Positions 39,939 through 49,943 of a stretch of 64,000 bases of DNA are shown piece after piece (positions within the stretch are counted from its first letter, which is position 1; each line of letters begins with the position of its first letter). The position numbers and the translations under genes were made by a program. This DNA is from an uncultured Methylomirabilota bacterium. GTDB taxonomy: Bacteria > Methylomirabilota > Methylomirabilia > Methylomirabilales > 2-02-FULL-66-22. The notes below the pieces were generated by a model. It did not search any database. It was not told the DNA's origin and saw only the letters and a list, made by a program, of their open reading frames with translations. The DNA lies in NCBI GenBank assembly GCA_963845565.1, contig CAWJSJ010000002.1, positions 1,312,001 through 1,376,000 of the forward strand. The letters are read 5' to 3'.

Positions 39939-40934
39939 GCAAGCCGGCTGTTGCCGTGACCATGGGCGATCCCGCCGGCATCAGCCCGGAAATCGTCGCC
40001 CGCGCCCTGGCCGAGCCGGAGGTCCGCACGGCGTGCCGCCCGGTGGTCGTCGGCGACCCGCGCATCCTATTCCGGGCCATGGAGCTGGTGAAGGGCGGCC
40101 TGGTCGTCCGGACGGTGGCCTCGCCGCAAGGGGCTGGGTCCGATCCGGGAACCTTGGACGTGATTCCGGCTGGCGAGTTGCCCCCGGACGCCTTGAAGCC
40201 CGGCACGCTGGACGCCCGCTGGGGCGAGGCCGCGGCCGCCTGCTGTCGCAAAGCCGTTGACCTGGCCAAGGCCGGGGACGTCGCCGGCATCACCTCGGCC
40301 CCCTTCAACAAGGAGGCCTTCCACCTGGCCGGCTACCAGGCCATGGACGACATGACCTACTACGAGGAGTGCTTCGCTAAAGGCGTGGCCTACCAGGTGG
40401 GCGAGGTGGCCGGGATCTGGACGACACCGGTCACCTTCCACGTGGCGTTCCGCGCCATCCCGGATCTCATCACCCAGGAGGCCGTCCTGGCCAAGATCCG
40501 GAGCCTGGCCAAGGTCCTGAAGGCCGCCCAGGTGCAGTCCCGCCAAGATCGGCGTGGTGGCCCTCAATGTCCACTGCGGCGAGGGCGGGATGTTCGGCCG
40601 AGAGGAGATCGACATCATCACCCCCGCCATCCAGCAGGCCAAGGCCGAGGGCTTCAACGTGGCGGGCCCCCTCCCCCCGGACAGCGCCTTCCCGCTGGCC
40701 CTCCGGGGCGACTATCAGGGGCTCGTCCTGATGTACCACGACCAGGCCAACATCGGCCGGAAGATCATCGGGCGCGACCAGCCGGGCGTGAGCCTGTTCC
40801 TGGGGATGCCCGTCCCGGTGGTGACGACGCCCCACGGCACGGCCTACGACGTCGCCTGGAAGGGGATCGCGAAACACAACATGCTGGCGCGCGCCATCAC
40901 CATGGCGGCGGCGCTGGCGGGCAAGGGGTTGTGA
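39935..40934 (+). CDS. PdxA-family dehydrogenase, divergent (frameshift ~40541)
   Basis: TMGDPAGISPE, SAPFNK, ALNVHCGEGGMFGREE, MYHDQ, HGTAYDVAWKG. Confidence 0.85.
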
Positions 40935-41038
40935 GTGGTAGGTTGCCCGGAGGACAGAGCGAAGTCATCAGTTGACTGCGAACTGGAAGCGGGTAGCAGG
41001 CGAAGTTCAGGGGTGCCCACACGGAGGAGGAGACGGCC

Positions 41039-42028
41039 ATGAAGCGTGGAATCGTTCTTGGGGCTATGGCGGCAATCGTGATCGTGCTCTGTGCGGCGGG
41101 ACCGGTCCCGGCCCAGCAGCCGATCGTGATCAAGCTCGGAAACGTGCAGGCGACAGGGGACATCGTCCAGACCGGGTTGAAGAAATTCGCCGACCTGGTG
41201 GGTGAGCGGACCAAGGGGCAGGTTCAAGTCCAAGTATTTCCCGCCTCGCAGCTCGGCACGGAGCAGGAACTTTTGGAGGGCGTGCAGCTCGGGACCGTGC
41301 ATATGTTCGAGGGAAGCACGGGGTCCGTCGGTCGCTTTTTGCCCGACCTGGAGGCCTTCGCCGCGCCGTACATCTGGCGGGATACCGATCACATGCTGAA
41401 AGCCGTGCGAGGGCCGATCGGGCAGGGCCTGGCCGATCGCCTGGTGAAAGCCAAGGGCATCCGCGTGCTCGATTTCGGCTGGCTCTTCGGCAACCGGTAC
41501 CTCACCACCAAGGCCAAGGCGATCAACCGGCCTGAGGATCTCAAGGGGATGAAGATCCGCGTGCAGCCCACCGCGATCTACCTGGAGACGATCAAGGCCA
41601 TGGGGGCCAATCCGACGACGATGGACTTCAAGGAGGTCTATCTCGGGCTGCAGAGCGGCGTGATCGACGGCCAGGAGAATCCGCCGTTCGTCATCTTCAA
41701 CAACAAGTTGTTCGAGGTGCAGAAGTACGTGATGCTGACGGCCCACATCACGCAGAACCAGGCGGTGGTCATCAACGACAAGTTCTACCAGGGTCTGTCG
41801 CCGGAGCATCGAAAGATTCTGACCGAGGCGGCCTACGAGGCCGGCAACTTCCAGAACGACCTCATCCTGAAGAGCGAGCAGGAGTACCTGGACAAACTGA
41901 AGAGCGCCGGGATGACCATCGTCCAGCCCGACGTGAAGGCCTTCCGCGAGGCGACCAAGGACGTCCACAAGAAGGTCTCCGAGAAGTGGGAGCCGGGGCT
42001 GTACGAGAAGATCCAGGCGGTGAAGTAG
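41039..42028 (+). CDS. dctP: TRAP transporter substrate-binding protein
   Basis: Signal peptide; VFPASQLG, LKGMKIR, LQSGVIDGQENP. Confidence 0.95.
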   Translation: MKRGIVLGAMAAIVIVLCAAGPVPAQQPIVIKLGNVQATGDIVQTGLKKFADLVGERTKGQVQVQVFPASQLGTEQELLEGVQLGTVHMFEGSTGSVGRFLPDLEAFAAPYIWRDTDHMLKAVRGPIGQGLADRLVKAKGIRVLDFGWLFGNRYLTTKAKAINRPEDLKGMKIRVQPTAIYLETIKAMGANPTTMDFKEVYLGLQSGVIDGQENPPFVIFNNKLFEVQKYVMLTAHITQNQAVVINDKFYQGLSPEHRKILTEAAYEAGNFQNDLILKSEQEYLDKLKSAGMTIVQPDVKAFREATKDVHKKVSEKWEPGLYEKIQAVK

Positions 42029-42200
42029 AACAGCGGCAGCGATTAGCCATCAGCCATCAAACCCTCGTGGTCGGCGGACCGAGAGGGATCAGGCGTCGCC
42101 GGTGCACCGTGACACCGCACCCATCCTGGCGGATGGGTACCCGGTTCGCCCACCACCACGTGTTCTCGCGATGCAGGCGGGAATGGCTACTGTTCGGGTA

Positions 42201-42241
42201 AGCCCGGATTATTCGCGAATCCTTCGCGAATAATCCGGGCT
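42201..42241. repeat. Perfect 19-bp inverted repeat with 3-nt loop
   Basis: AGCCCGGATTATTCGCGAA-TCC-TTCGCGAATAATCCGGGCT. Confidence 0.9.
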
Positions 42242-42253
42242 AGGGCTACGGCC

Positions 42254-42733
42254 ATGCGCGCTGTACTCGATCGAATCGTCGGCGGCTTGCTCGCGCTGAT
42301 CATGGGCGGGATGACGGTCCTGGTCTTCTCGAGCGTCGTGCTCCGGTACGTCCTGAACAGTCCCGTGACCTGGAGTGAAGAGCTGGCCTCGCTGCTCTTT
42401 GCCTGGCTCACTTTCGTGGGCGCGTACGTCGGTTTTCGGACGCACTCGCACATCCGGATCGACACCCTGACGATGTTTCTGCCGGCTGGGGTGCGGTCGG
42501 GGATTCGGCGAGCCGGTGACGCGGGCGTCCTGCTGGTCTTGGGCGTCTTCATCTGGCAGGGCTTCAGTCTGGTGACGACCACCTGGAGCTTGGAATTCCC
42601 GGCGATGGAGATCTCCCGCGGGTATCTGTATCTGTCGCTGCCCATCGGGGCGTGCCTCATGCTCGTGGCCATCCTGTTGTCATCGCGTGGCGATGTCGGT
42701 GGAGGCGAAAATGCGGAGGGGCCCGGATGCTGA
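42254..42733 (+). CDS. dctQ: TRAP transporter small permease
   Basis: RYVLNSPVTWSEE, HIRID. Confidence 0.92.
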   Translation: MRAVLDRIVGGLLALIMGGMTVLVFSSVVLRYVLNSPVTWSEELASLLFAWLTFVGAYVGFRTHSHIRIDTLTMFLPAGVRSGIRRAGDAGVLLVLGVFIWQGFSLVTTTWSLEFPAMEISRGYLYLSLPIGACLMLVAILLSSRGDVGGGENAEGPGC

Positions 42734-44004
42734 TCCTGGTGGGCGTCCTCCTCCTACTCCTTGCACTGGAGTTTCCCGTCGCCTTTGCCATGACCGGCGC
42801 CTCCGCCGTCTACATCCTCGCCAAGGGCGGCATCCCGCTGGTGGTGATGGCCCAGCGGGTCACGGTCGGGGTGGACTCGTTCGTGTTGCTGGCCATCCCT
42901 TTCTTCTTTCTGGCCGGCGAGCTCATGAACCGCGGCGGCATCACGCAGCGATTGATTGACCTGGCGCAAGCGCTGGTTGGTGGGATCCGCGGCGGGCTCG
43001 GCCATGTGACCGTCGTGACCAACATGATCATGGCCGGGATGTCGGGATCGGCGGTGGCGGACGCGACGGGGACCGGCACCCTCCTCATTCCCGCCATGGA
43101 GCGCGCCGGCTACCCAAAGACCTTCTCCGCCGCGCTGGTGGGGGCCGCCTCGACCATCGGGCCGGTGATCCCGCCGAGCATTCCCTTCGTCATCTACGGG
43201 GGAATCACCGGCGTGTCGGTTGGGCGCCTGTTTCTCGGCGGGGTGGTCCCGGGCGTGCTGATGGGCGTATTCCTGATGGGCGCCGTCTACTGGGTGGCCA
43301 AGCGCCGGGGGTACCGCGCCGAGGGCTGGCCGCGCCTGTCGGATGCTCTGACGAGCATCTGGCGGGCCATTCCGGTCATGCTGTTCCCCTTCATCATTCT
43401 GGGGGGCATCTTCAGCGGGGTGGTCACACCCACCGAGGCGGCCGTGGTGGCGGTCGTCTATGCCGTGTTTCTGGCGACGCTGTTCTACCGGGAGTTGACG
43501 CCGGGCGACCTGGTCCAGGTGCTCACCTCCGTCGCGGGCAATACGGCCAAGATCACGTTTATCATCGCCAGCGCCGGCCTTTACGGCTGGCTCCTGGCCC
43601 GCGAAGGGGCACCGCAGCGGCTGGCGGACCTGTTCCTGAGCGTGTCGCGAGAGCCCTGGGCCATTCTCCTCATGGTGAACGTCCTGCTTCTGATCCTCGG
43701 CTGCCTGATGGAGACGACCGCGCTTCTCGTGATTTTGACACCGGTCCTCATGGACCTCATCACCAAGGTCGGCATCGACCCGGTGCACTTCGGGGTGGTG
43801 CTGACGCTCAACCTCATGATCGGCCTGCTCACGCCGCCGGTCGGGATGACGCTCTACGTCATGGTCAGTCTGGCCAATGTGTCGGTGACCGAGTTCACCC
43901 GGGAATGCGCCATCTTCATGCTCGCGCTGGTGGTGGTGCTCGGCCTTATCACCTACGTGCCGGGGCTCGTGACCTTCCTGCCGCAACTGATCATGGGAAA
44001 GTGA
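42727..44004 (+). CDS. dctM: TRAP transporter large permease
   Basis: AIPFFFLAGELM, SGSAVAD, IPPSIP, TPTEA, LLTPPVG. Confidence 0.95.
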   Translation: MLILVGVLLLLLALEFPVAFAMTGASAVYILAKGGIPLVVMAQRVTVGVDSFVLLAIPFFFLAGELMNRGGITQRLIDLAQALVGGIRGGLGHVTVVTNMIMAGMSGSAVADATGTGTLLIPAMERAGYPKTFSAALVGAASTIGPVIPPSIPFVIYGGITGVSVGRLFLGGVVPGVLMGVFLMGAVYWVAKRRGYRAEGWPRLSDALTSIWRAIPVMLFPFIILGGIFSGVVTPTEAAVVAVVYAVFLATLFYRELTPGDLVQVLTSVAGNTAKITFIIASAGLYGWLLAREGAPQRLADLFLSVSREPWAILLMVNVLLLILGCLMETTALLVILTPVLMDLITKVGIDPVHFGVVLTLNLMIGLLTPPVGMTLYVMVSLANVSVTEFTRECAIFMLALVVVLGLITYVPGLVTFLPQLIMGK

Positions 44005-44044
44005 CGAGGCGGCGATTCGAATGACGATCAAAGGAGAGACCACC

Positions 44045-44805
44045 ATGACGCTTGCAGGCAAGGTCGCCGTCGTCACCGGCGTGACCAGCCCCCTGGGGAG
44101 GCCATCGCCCTGCGCCTGGCCGCGGAGGGGGCGGCGGTCGCTGTGACCGGCCACACGCCGGCCAAGGTCGAGAAGGTCGCCGGGGCGCTGGAGCGGGTGA
44201 AGGCGAGATTCATGGCCGAGGCCCTCGACCTCACGGTGCCGGAGACGGTCGAGGCGTTCTTCGGGCGGGTCGCCGAGCGGCTCGGCCCGACGGACATCCT
44301 GGTCAACGGCACGGCCTGGCGGATCCGGGCGACATTCCTCGAGACGACCTACGCGGACTGGCGCAACACGTTCGCGGGGTGCGTGGACAGCTACTTCTAC
44401 TGCAGTCTCGCCGCGGCGAGACAGATGGTGCCGCGGAAGTGGGGCCGGATCGTCAATATCGGCTCCATCGTGGCCGAGGCGTACAATGTTCCCTTCGCCG
44501 CATACACGGCTGCAAAAGGAGCGGTCCATTCTCTGACCAAGGCGATGGCCTGCGATCTCGCCCCGCATGGAATTACCGTCAATGTGATGGCGCCGGGCGT
44601 GATAGACTCTCCCTACACGCGAACCAATGTCTCGCCCCAGGCGATAGCCAAGCGGCTGGAGCGGATCCCGATGGGACGACTGGGCACGCCCGAGGATTGC
44701 GCGGCGGCGGTGGCGAAGCTGGTCGCGCCGGACATGGACTACATCACGGGACAGTTCCTGTACGTGGACGGCGGTTTCCTGAGTGCAGGCGTCATCGTGC
44801 GATGA
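44045..44805 (+). CDS. SDR family oxidoreductase (frameshift in the G run ~44097)
   Basis: MTLAGKVAVVTGVTSPLG|EAIALRLAAEG; YTAAK catalytic motif; VDGG. Confidence 0.85.
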
Positions 44806-44845
44806 GCCCGGGCCGAGATGCATGAACCACGAAAGGGCGGACTGA

Positions 44846-45003
44846 AACCACAGATTCCACAGATTGCACAGATTTCACGGGGGAGGAGCCGATAGCCACA
44901 ATAGGCACAAAACGCACAAGGGGTGTTGAGGGTTCGAGCCGTCCGTCCTTGAAGGCCCGGTGAAATTCTGTGCCTCTTGTGGCCAATCGTGCCTTTGGCG
45001 GCC
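44846..45003. repeat. Composite 9-mer-periodic inverted repeat region
   Basis: CCACAGATTCCACAGATTGCACAGATT; GCCACAATAGGCACAAAACGCACAA ... TGTGCCTCTTGTGGC. Confidence 0.65.
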
Positions 45004-45067
45004 CCCGGTGGCGGTTTGGCGGTTAGCAACAAATGTCGGTTTGGGACGGCTGGGAAAGGGGTTGCTG

Positions 45068-45928
45068 ATGGAAACACGAATGTTCGGGAGGACCGGGGAG
45101 CGATTCTCCATTCTCAGTTTCGGCGCGCAGCGGATCGTGGATGCCCACCAGTGCTCCGAGGGGGAGGCCATCCGCATGGTCAACTACGCCCTGGACCATG
45201 GGATCCGCTACTTCGACACCGCCCGGGTGTACTCCGATGGACAGTCGGAGGAGCGCGTGGGTAAGGTGGCCAAGCATCGGCGGCAGGAGATGTGGATCGC
45301 CACCAAGACCAGGGGCCGCACCCGCGCGGAGGCGATGGCCCATCTCGAAGAGAGTCTCGTAGCGCTCCAAACGGATCACGTCGACGAATGGCGGATGCAC
45401 AATATCTGGAACATGGAGGAACTGGACAAGCTGACCGCGCCCGGCGGGGCCCTGGAGGCGGCCGTCCTGGCGCGGGAGCAGGGGAAGATCCGTTACATCA
45501 GCATGAGCGGACACCGGAATCCGCAGGTGCAGGTGGAGGCCCTGAACCGCTTTCCCTTCGACAGCATGCTGGTGGCGCTCTCCGCGCTGGATCATTTCAT
45601 CCTGAGCTTCGCCGAGGAGTTCCTGCCGGTCGCAAATGCGCAGGGGATAGCTGTGATCGGCATGAAGGTCATGGCGCTGGCGAAGCTCGGGCCTTACTAC
45701 GAGCGGGCGCTGCGGTACACCCTGGGGCTGCCCATCAGCACGACCATCGTCGGCATGGAGTCGATGGATCAACTGAAGAGAAATCTGGCCGTGGCCGAGG
45801 ATTTTACCCCGCTCGGCGACGTGGAGAAGCTGGAGTTTTTCAAGGAGATCGTCCATCTGGCGACCCCCGAAGTCATGCGATGGAAGACGACGGACTACTT
45901 CAATCCGGTCGAATGGGAAAAGCGTTAA
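45068..45928 (+). CDS. Aldo/keto reductase
   Basis: GIRYFDTARVY, SEERVG, IATK, LQTDHVD. Confidence 0.9.
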   Translation: METRMFGRTGERFSILSFGAQRIVDAHQCSEGEAIRMVNYALDHGIRYFDTARVYSDGQSEERVGKVAKHRRQEMWIATKTRGRTRAEAMAHLEESLVALQTDHVDEWRMHNIWNMEELDKLTAPGGALEAAVLAREQGKIRYISMSGHRNPQVQVEALNRFPFDSMLVALSALDHFILSFAEEFLPVANAQGIAVIGMKVMALAKLGPYYERALRYTLGLPISTTIVGMESMDQLKRNLAVAEDFTPLGDVEKLEFFKEIVHLATPEVMRWKTTDYFNPVEWEKR

Positions 45929-45968
45929 CCACGACGCCAGGCACCCGCGTGCCGAGGAGCGAGGGCGT

Positions 45969-46857
45969 ATGGGGCAGACGGTGGGGTTTATCGGGTTGGG
46001 CATCATGGGCAGCCGCATGGTCAAGAACGTATCTGAAGGCGGGCCATGTCGTGCGGGCGCAGAACCGGACGGCGGCGAAGGCGGAGGCGCTGAAACCGCT
46101 GGGGGCGACCGTTGCCGCCACGCCGCGCGAGGCGGCGGCCGGCGCTGACGTCGTTGTCACCATGGTGGCGGACCCGCCGGCGCTGGCGGCGGTGCTGGAA
46201 GGGCCGGACGGGGTCTTCGCCGGTTGTCGGCGCGGCACGCTGGTCGTGGACATGAGCACGGTGGATCCCGGGACGAGCCAGGCCATGGCGGCGAAGGCGA
46301 GGGCGCTCGGCCTCCGCTACCTTGAGGCGCCGGTCACGGGCGGCGTGGGTGCGGCCGAGCAGGGAACCCTCACCATCATGGTCGGAGGGAGCGCCGAGGA
46401 CTTCGCAGCGGCGAAGTCGCTCCTGGAAAGCATGGGAAAGAAGGTGCTCCACGTGGGGCCGATGGGGCGCGGGTCCGCATTGAAGCTTGCAACCAATCTG
46501 GTTGCGGCGAGTATCGCCACGGCGATGGCCGAAGGGCTGGTGCTTGCGACGAAAGCCGGCGTCGATCCCACCATGGCGGCTGAAGTGCTCGCCGAGCGGT
46601 CGCCCCTCATTGCGCGATGGGGCCCTCGGGTTCTTGCGGGAGAGTTTTCCGCGGCTTTTCCATTGAAGCACGCCGCCAAGGACGTCCATTTGGCACTTAC
46701 TACGGGGCGGCAGGTCGGAGTTCCGCTGTTCGCCGCCGCCGCGGTGGCCCAAGTCCAGGCGGCGGCGCTGGCCAAGGGATGGGGAGACTCGGACCAGACG
46801 GTGACGATTCAGTTGCTTGAAGAGATCGCCGGCGTCCAGGTACGCAAGCGGGAGTAG
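45969..46857 (+). CDS. Beta-hydroxyacid dehydrogenase (3-hydroxyisobutyrate/tartronate semialdehyde reductase family; frameshift ~46030)
   Basis: VGFIGLGIMG, NRT, DMST, EAPVTGG, KLATN. Confidence 0.87.
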
Positions 46858-47052
46858 GGCGAGAACGGCTTGGGGGCGAATATTGCCGACATCGCCCAGG
46901 GCGTAGGGCACCAGCAGACGAAGGCCCAAGGGGTCCCCTTGCGTTGCCCCGGACAGCACCTTCCCGCTGGCGCTCCGAAACGAGCACGAATGATTGGTCC
47001 TGATGTGCCTAACAACAACTCGTTTCACGGACAGGCAATGGGAGGGGTCGTG

Positions 47053-48055
47053 ATGAAATCCACACTGCGATTGTTGCTGGTAGGACTCGTGCTCGGGATG
47101 CTGCAGGTCGGCGCCGCAGGCGCCGAAACCACGGAACTCCGCGTCGCCAAGCAGTATGGCCTCGGGTACCTCCAGATGATGGTGATGGAGGAGATGAAAC
47201 TGGTGGAGAAGCACACCAAGGCGGCCGGTCTTGGCGACGTCAAGGTGAACTGGTCCACCTTCCGGTCCAGCGATGTCATGAACGACGCGCTGCTCTCCGG
47301 GAATCTGGACTTCGCCTCCCTGGGTACGAACGGCCTGGCGATCATCTGGGCCAAGACCAAGGGGACCCCGGTCGAGGTGAAGGGCGCGGCGGGCTTCAAC
47401 TTCCTGCCCTTGGCTCTGGTCACCCGCGAAGCCAACGTCAAGACGGTCGCGGACTACACGGAGAAACACAAGATCGCCGTCCCGGCCGTTCGAGTCTCGA
47501 ACCAGGCCATCCTGCTCCAGATGGCGGCGGCCAAGCAGTTCGGCCAGGCCAACTACACCAAGCTGGACTCCCTCACCGTCTCCATGACCCATCCGGATGC
47601 CATGGCGGCGCTGCTCTCCGGCGCGGGCGAGGTCGGCAGCCATTTCGCCTCTTCCCCCTTCCTTCAGAAGGAGCTGGAGAAGCCGGGGATTCGCCAGATC
47701 GTCAGCTCCACCGAGATCCTGGGCGGGAACCTCAACTTCAACATCCTGGCCACCACGACCAAGTTCCACGCCGCCAACCCCAAGGCCTATGCCGCATACC
47801 TTGCTCGCCATGCAGGAGGCGACGGAGATCATCAACAAGGACAAGCGGGCGGCAGCGGAGCTGTACATCCGGATGACCAAGGACAAGAGCTCAACGGACG
47901 ACATCCTGAAAATCATGAACGCCTCGGGCGAGTACAACTTCAACCAGCGGCCCGAGGGGGACATGCGGATGATCCAGTTCATGCACAGCATCGGCTCGAT
48001 CAAGGTGAAGCCCGATTCGTGGAGCGATCTGCTGTTCCCTGCCCCCGGAAAGTGA
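47053..48055 (+). CDS. ABC transporter substrate-binding protein (NitT/TauT; frameshift ~47806)
   Basis: Signal peptide; QYGLGYL, MNDALLSG, HPDAMAALLSG; two ORFs join. Confidence 0.85.
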
Positions 48056-48062
48056 GCAGGGC

Positions 48063-48872
48063 ATGACCTCGGTTGCCTCACCGGCACCCCTGCTGGATGT
48101 CCGCGGGGTGACGCTGCAGTACAAGACCCGCGAACGCCTGGTCACGGCCACCTACCGGGTGGATTTCCAGGTGCACCGGTCGGATCGTTTCGTGTTGCTC
48201 GGCCCGTCCGGCTGTGGGAAATCCACCCTGCTCAAGGCCGTGGGCGGCTACCTCGCCCCGGTTGAGGGCGAGATGCGCCTCGGTGGGGAGGTCATCCGTC
48301 GGCCCGGGCCGGATCGGATGATGGTCTTCCAGGAGTTCGACCAGCTTCTCCCCTGGAAGACGGTGAGGCAGAACGTTCTGTTCGCCCTCGCGGCCAGCGG
48401 CCTGTTGGCGGGCCGGGCCGCCGAGGAGCGCGCTCGCCATTACATCGAGATGGTCGGACTGAGCAAGTTCGCCGACGCCTATCCCCACACGCTGTCGGGC
48501 GGGATGAAGCAGCGTGTGGCCATCGCCCGCGGGATGGCCATGGAGCCGACCATCCTGTTGATGGATGAACCCTTCGCCGCGCTGGACGCCCTCACTCGCC
48601 GGAAGATGCAGGAAGAACTGCTCCAACTCTGGGATAACACCCGCTTCACGGTGCTTTTCGTCACACACTCGATCCCTGAAGCCGTCACGATTGGGAGTCG
48701 GATCCTGCTGCTCTCGCCCCACCCGGGCCAGGTCAAGGCGGAGCTGAACAGCCTGCCCCCCGGCGACGGCAATCCCGCGTCGCGTAAAGCCCTCGAGGAC
48801 CGGATCCACCGCATGCTCTTTACCGACGAGATCGAGGAAGCACACGTTCCGCCGGCGGGGAGGGAGCCATGA
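48063..48872 (+). CDS. ABC transporter ATP-binding protein (NitT/TauT)
   Basis: GPSGCGKST, LSGGMKQR, LLMDEPF. Confidence 0.95.
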   Translation: MTSVASPAPLLDVRGVTLQYKTRERLVTATYRVDFQVHRSDRFVLLGPSGCGKSTLLKAVGGYLAPVEGEMRLGGEVIRRPGPDRMMVFQEFDQLLPWKTVRQNVLFALAASGLLAGRAAEERARHYIEMVGLSKFADAYPHTLSGGMKQRVAIARGMAMEPTILLMDEPFAALDALTRRKMQEELLQLWDNTRFTVLFVTHSIPEAVTIGSRILLLSPHPGQVKAELNSLPPGDGNPASRKALEDRIHRMLFTDEIEEAHVPPAGREP

Positions 48873-49744
48873 CGCAGCCCGTTCAGCCCATTCATCGGCC
48901 GGAGCGGACCGGAACGCCGGTCGCCCAGGATGCCTTCGGGGTGGTGGAGCAACCGCTCACTTTCGGGGAGCAGGCCTGGAACAACGGGGGGCTGCGCAAG
49001 ACGCTCCTTCTGATTCTCTTGGCGTTGGCGTGGGAGGGCTACGCCCGGTGGGTCAACAACCCGCTCCTGGTTCCCACCTTCAGCGCAACCCTCCAGGCGT
49101 TCTGGGAGGGAATCGCCAGTGGCGTTCTTCCCGGCCGGACCGCCTACTCAGTCCGGGTCCTCATCATGGGCTACTCCGCCGGGATCGCGCTGGCCACTCT
49201 CCTCACGGCCTGCGCGGTCAGCACGCGGATTGGCACAGACTTGCTGGAGACGCTCAGCTCCATGTTCAACCCATTGCCCGCCATCGCGCTGCTCCCCCTG
49301 GCCCTGCTTTGGTTCGGACTGGGGAATCCCAGCCTGATGTTTGTGATGGTCCATTCGGTGCTCTGGCCGGTCGCCCTCAACACGCACTCGGGGTTCCGGG
49401 CGGTCTCGAACACCCTGCGCATGGTGGGGCAGAACTGCGGCCTGACCGGCGCCCGCTACATCGTGAAGATCCTCATGCCAGCGGCATTCCCGAGCATTCT
49501 CACCGGTCTGAAGATCGGCTGGGCGTTCGCCTGGCGCACGCTGATCGCTGCCGAGCTGGTCTTCGGAGTGAGCTCCGGCCAGGGAGGGTTGGGCTGGTTC
49601 ATCTACGAGAACAAGAACCAGCTCGAAGTGCCGAGCGTCTTCGCGGGGCTCTTCTGCGTGATCCTAATCGGTCTGGCGGTGGAGAACCTGGTGTTCCGCA
49701 ACATCGAGCTGCGCACGGTGCGACGCTGGGGGATGCAGACTTAG
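48869..49744 (+). CDS. ABC transporter permease (NitT/TauT)
   Basis: PLPAIALLPLALLWFG, AWRTLIAAELVFG. Confidence 0.93.
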   Translation: MTQPVQPIHRPERTGTPVAQDAFGVVEQPLTFGEQAWNNGGLRKTLLLILLALAWEGYARWVNNPLLVPTFSATLQAFWEGIASGVLPGRTAYSVRVLIMGYSAGIALATLLTACAVSTRIGTDLLETLSSMFNPLPAIALLPLALLWFGLGNPSLMFVMVHSVLWPVALNTHSGFRAVSNTLRMVGQNCGLTGARYIVKILMPAAFPSILTGLKIGWAFAWRTLIAAELVFGVSSGQGGLGWFIYENKNQLEVPSVFAGLFCVILIGLAVENLVFRNIELRTVRRWGMQT

Positions 49745-49868
49745 CCGGCTGCTGAAAAAGGCCCATCTGCGGCGTTGGCATGCTTGCGCGCTCGCTGCGG
49801 CGTACCTGGAGTACGCCTCACTCGGCGCATCGCCTGCCGCCTTGCATGTGGACCTTTTTGAGCAGCCT
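49745..49868 (+). mobile_element. MITE-like repeat family A, copy 4
   Basis: Follows the TTAG stop directly; GGCTGCTGAAAAAGGCCCATCTGC...TTTTTGAGCAGCCT. Confidence 0.8.
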
Positions 49869-49943
49869 TGGCGAAGACGGCCGTTGGGGATTCTTCCGGG
49901 GTGATGCCATCGGTGGTCGGCCGGGGAAAAGAGGGGAGAGCGC

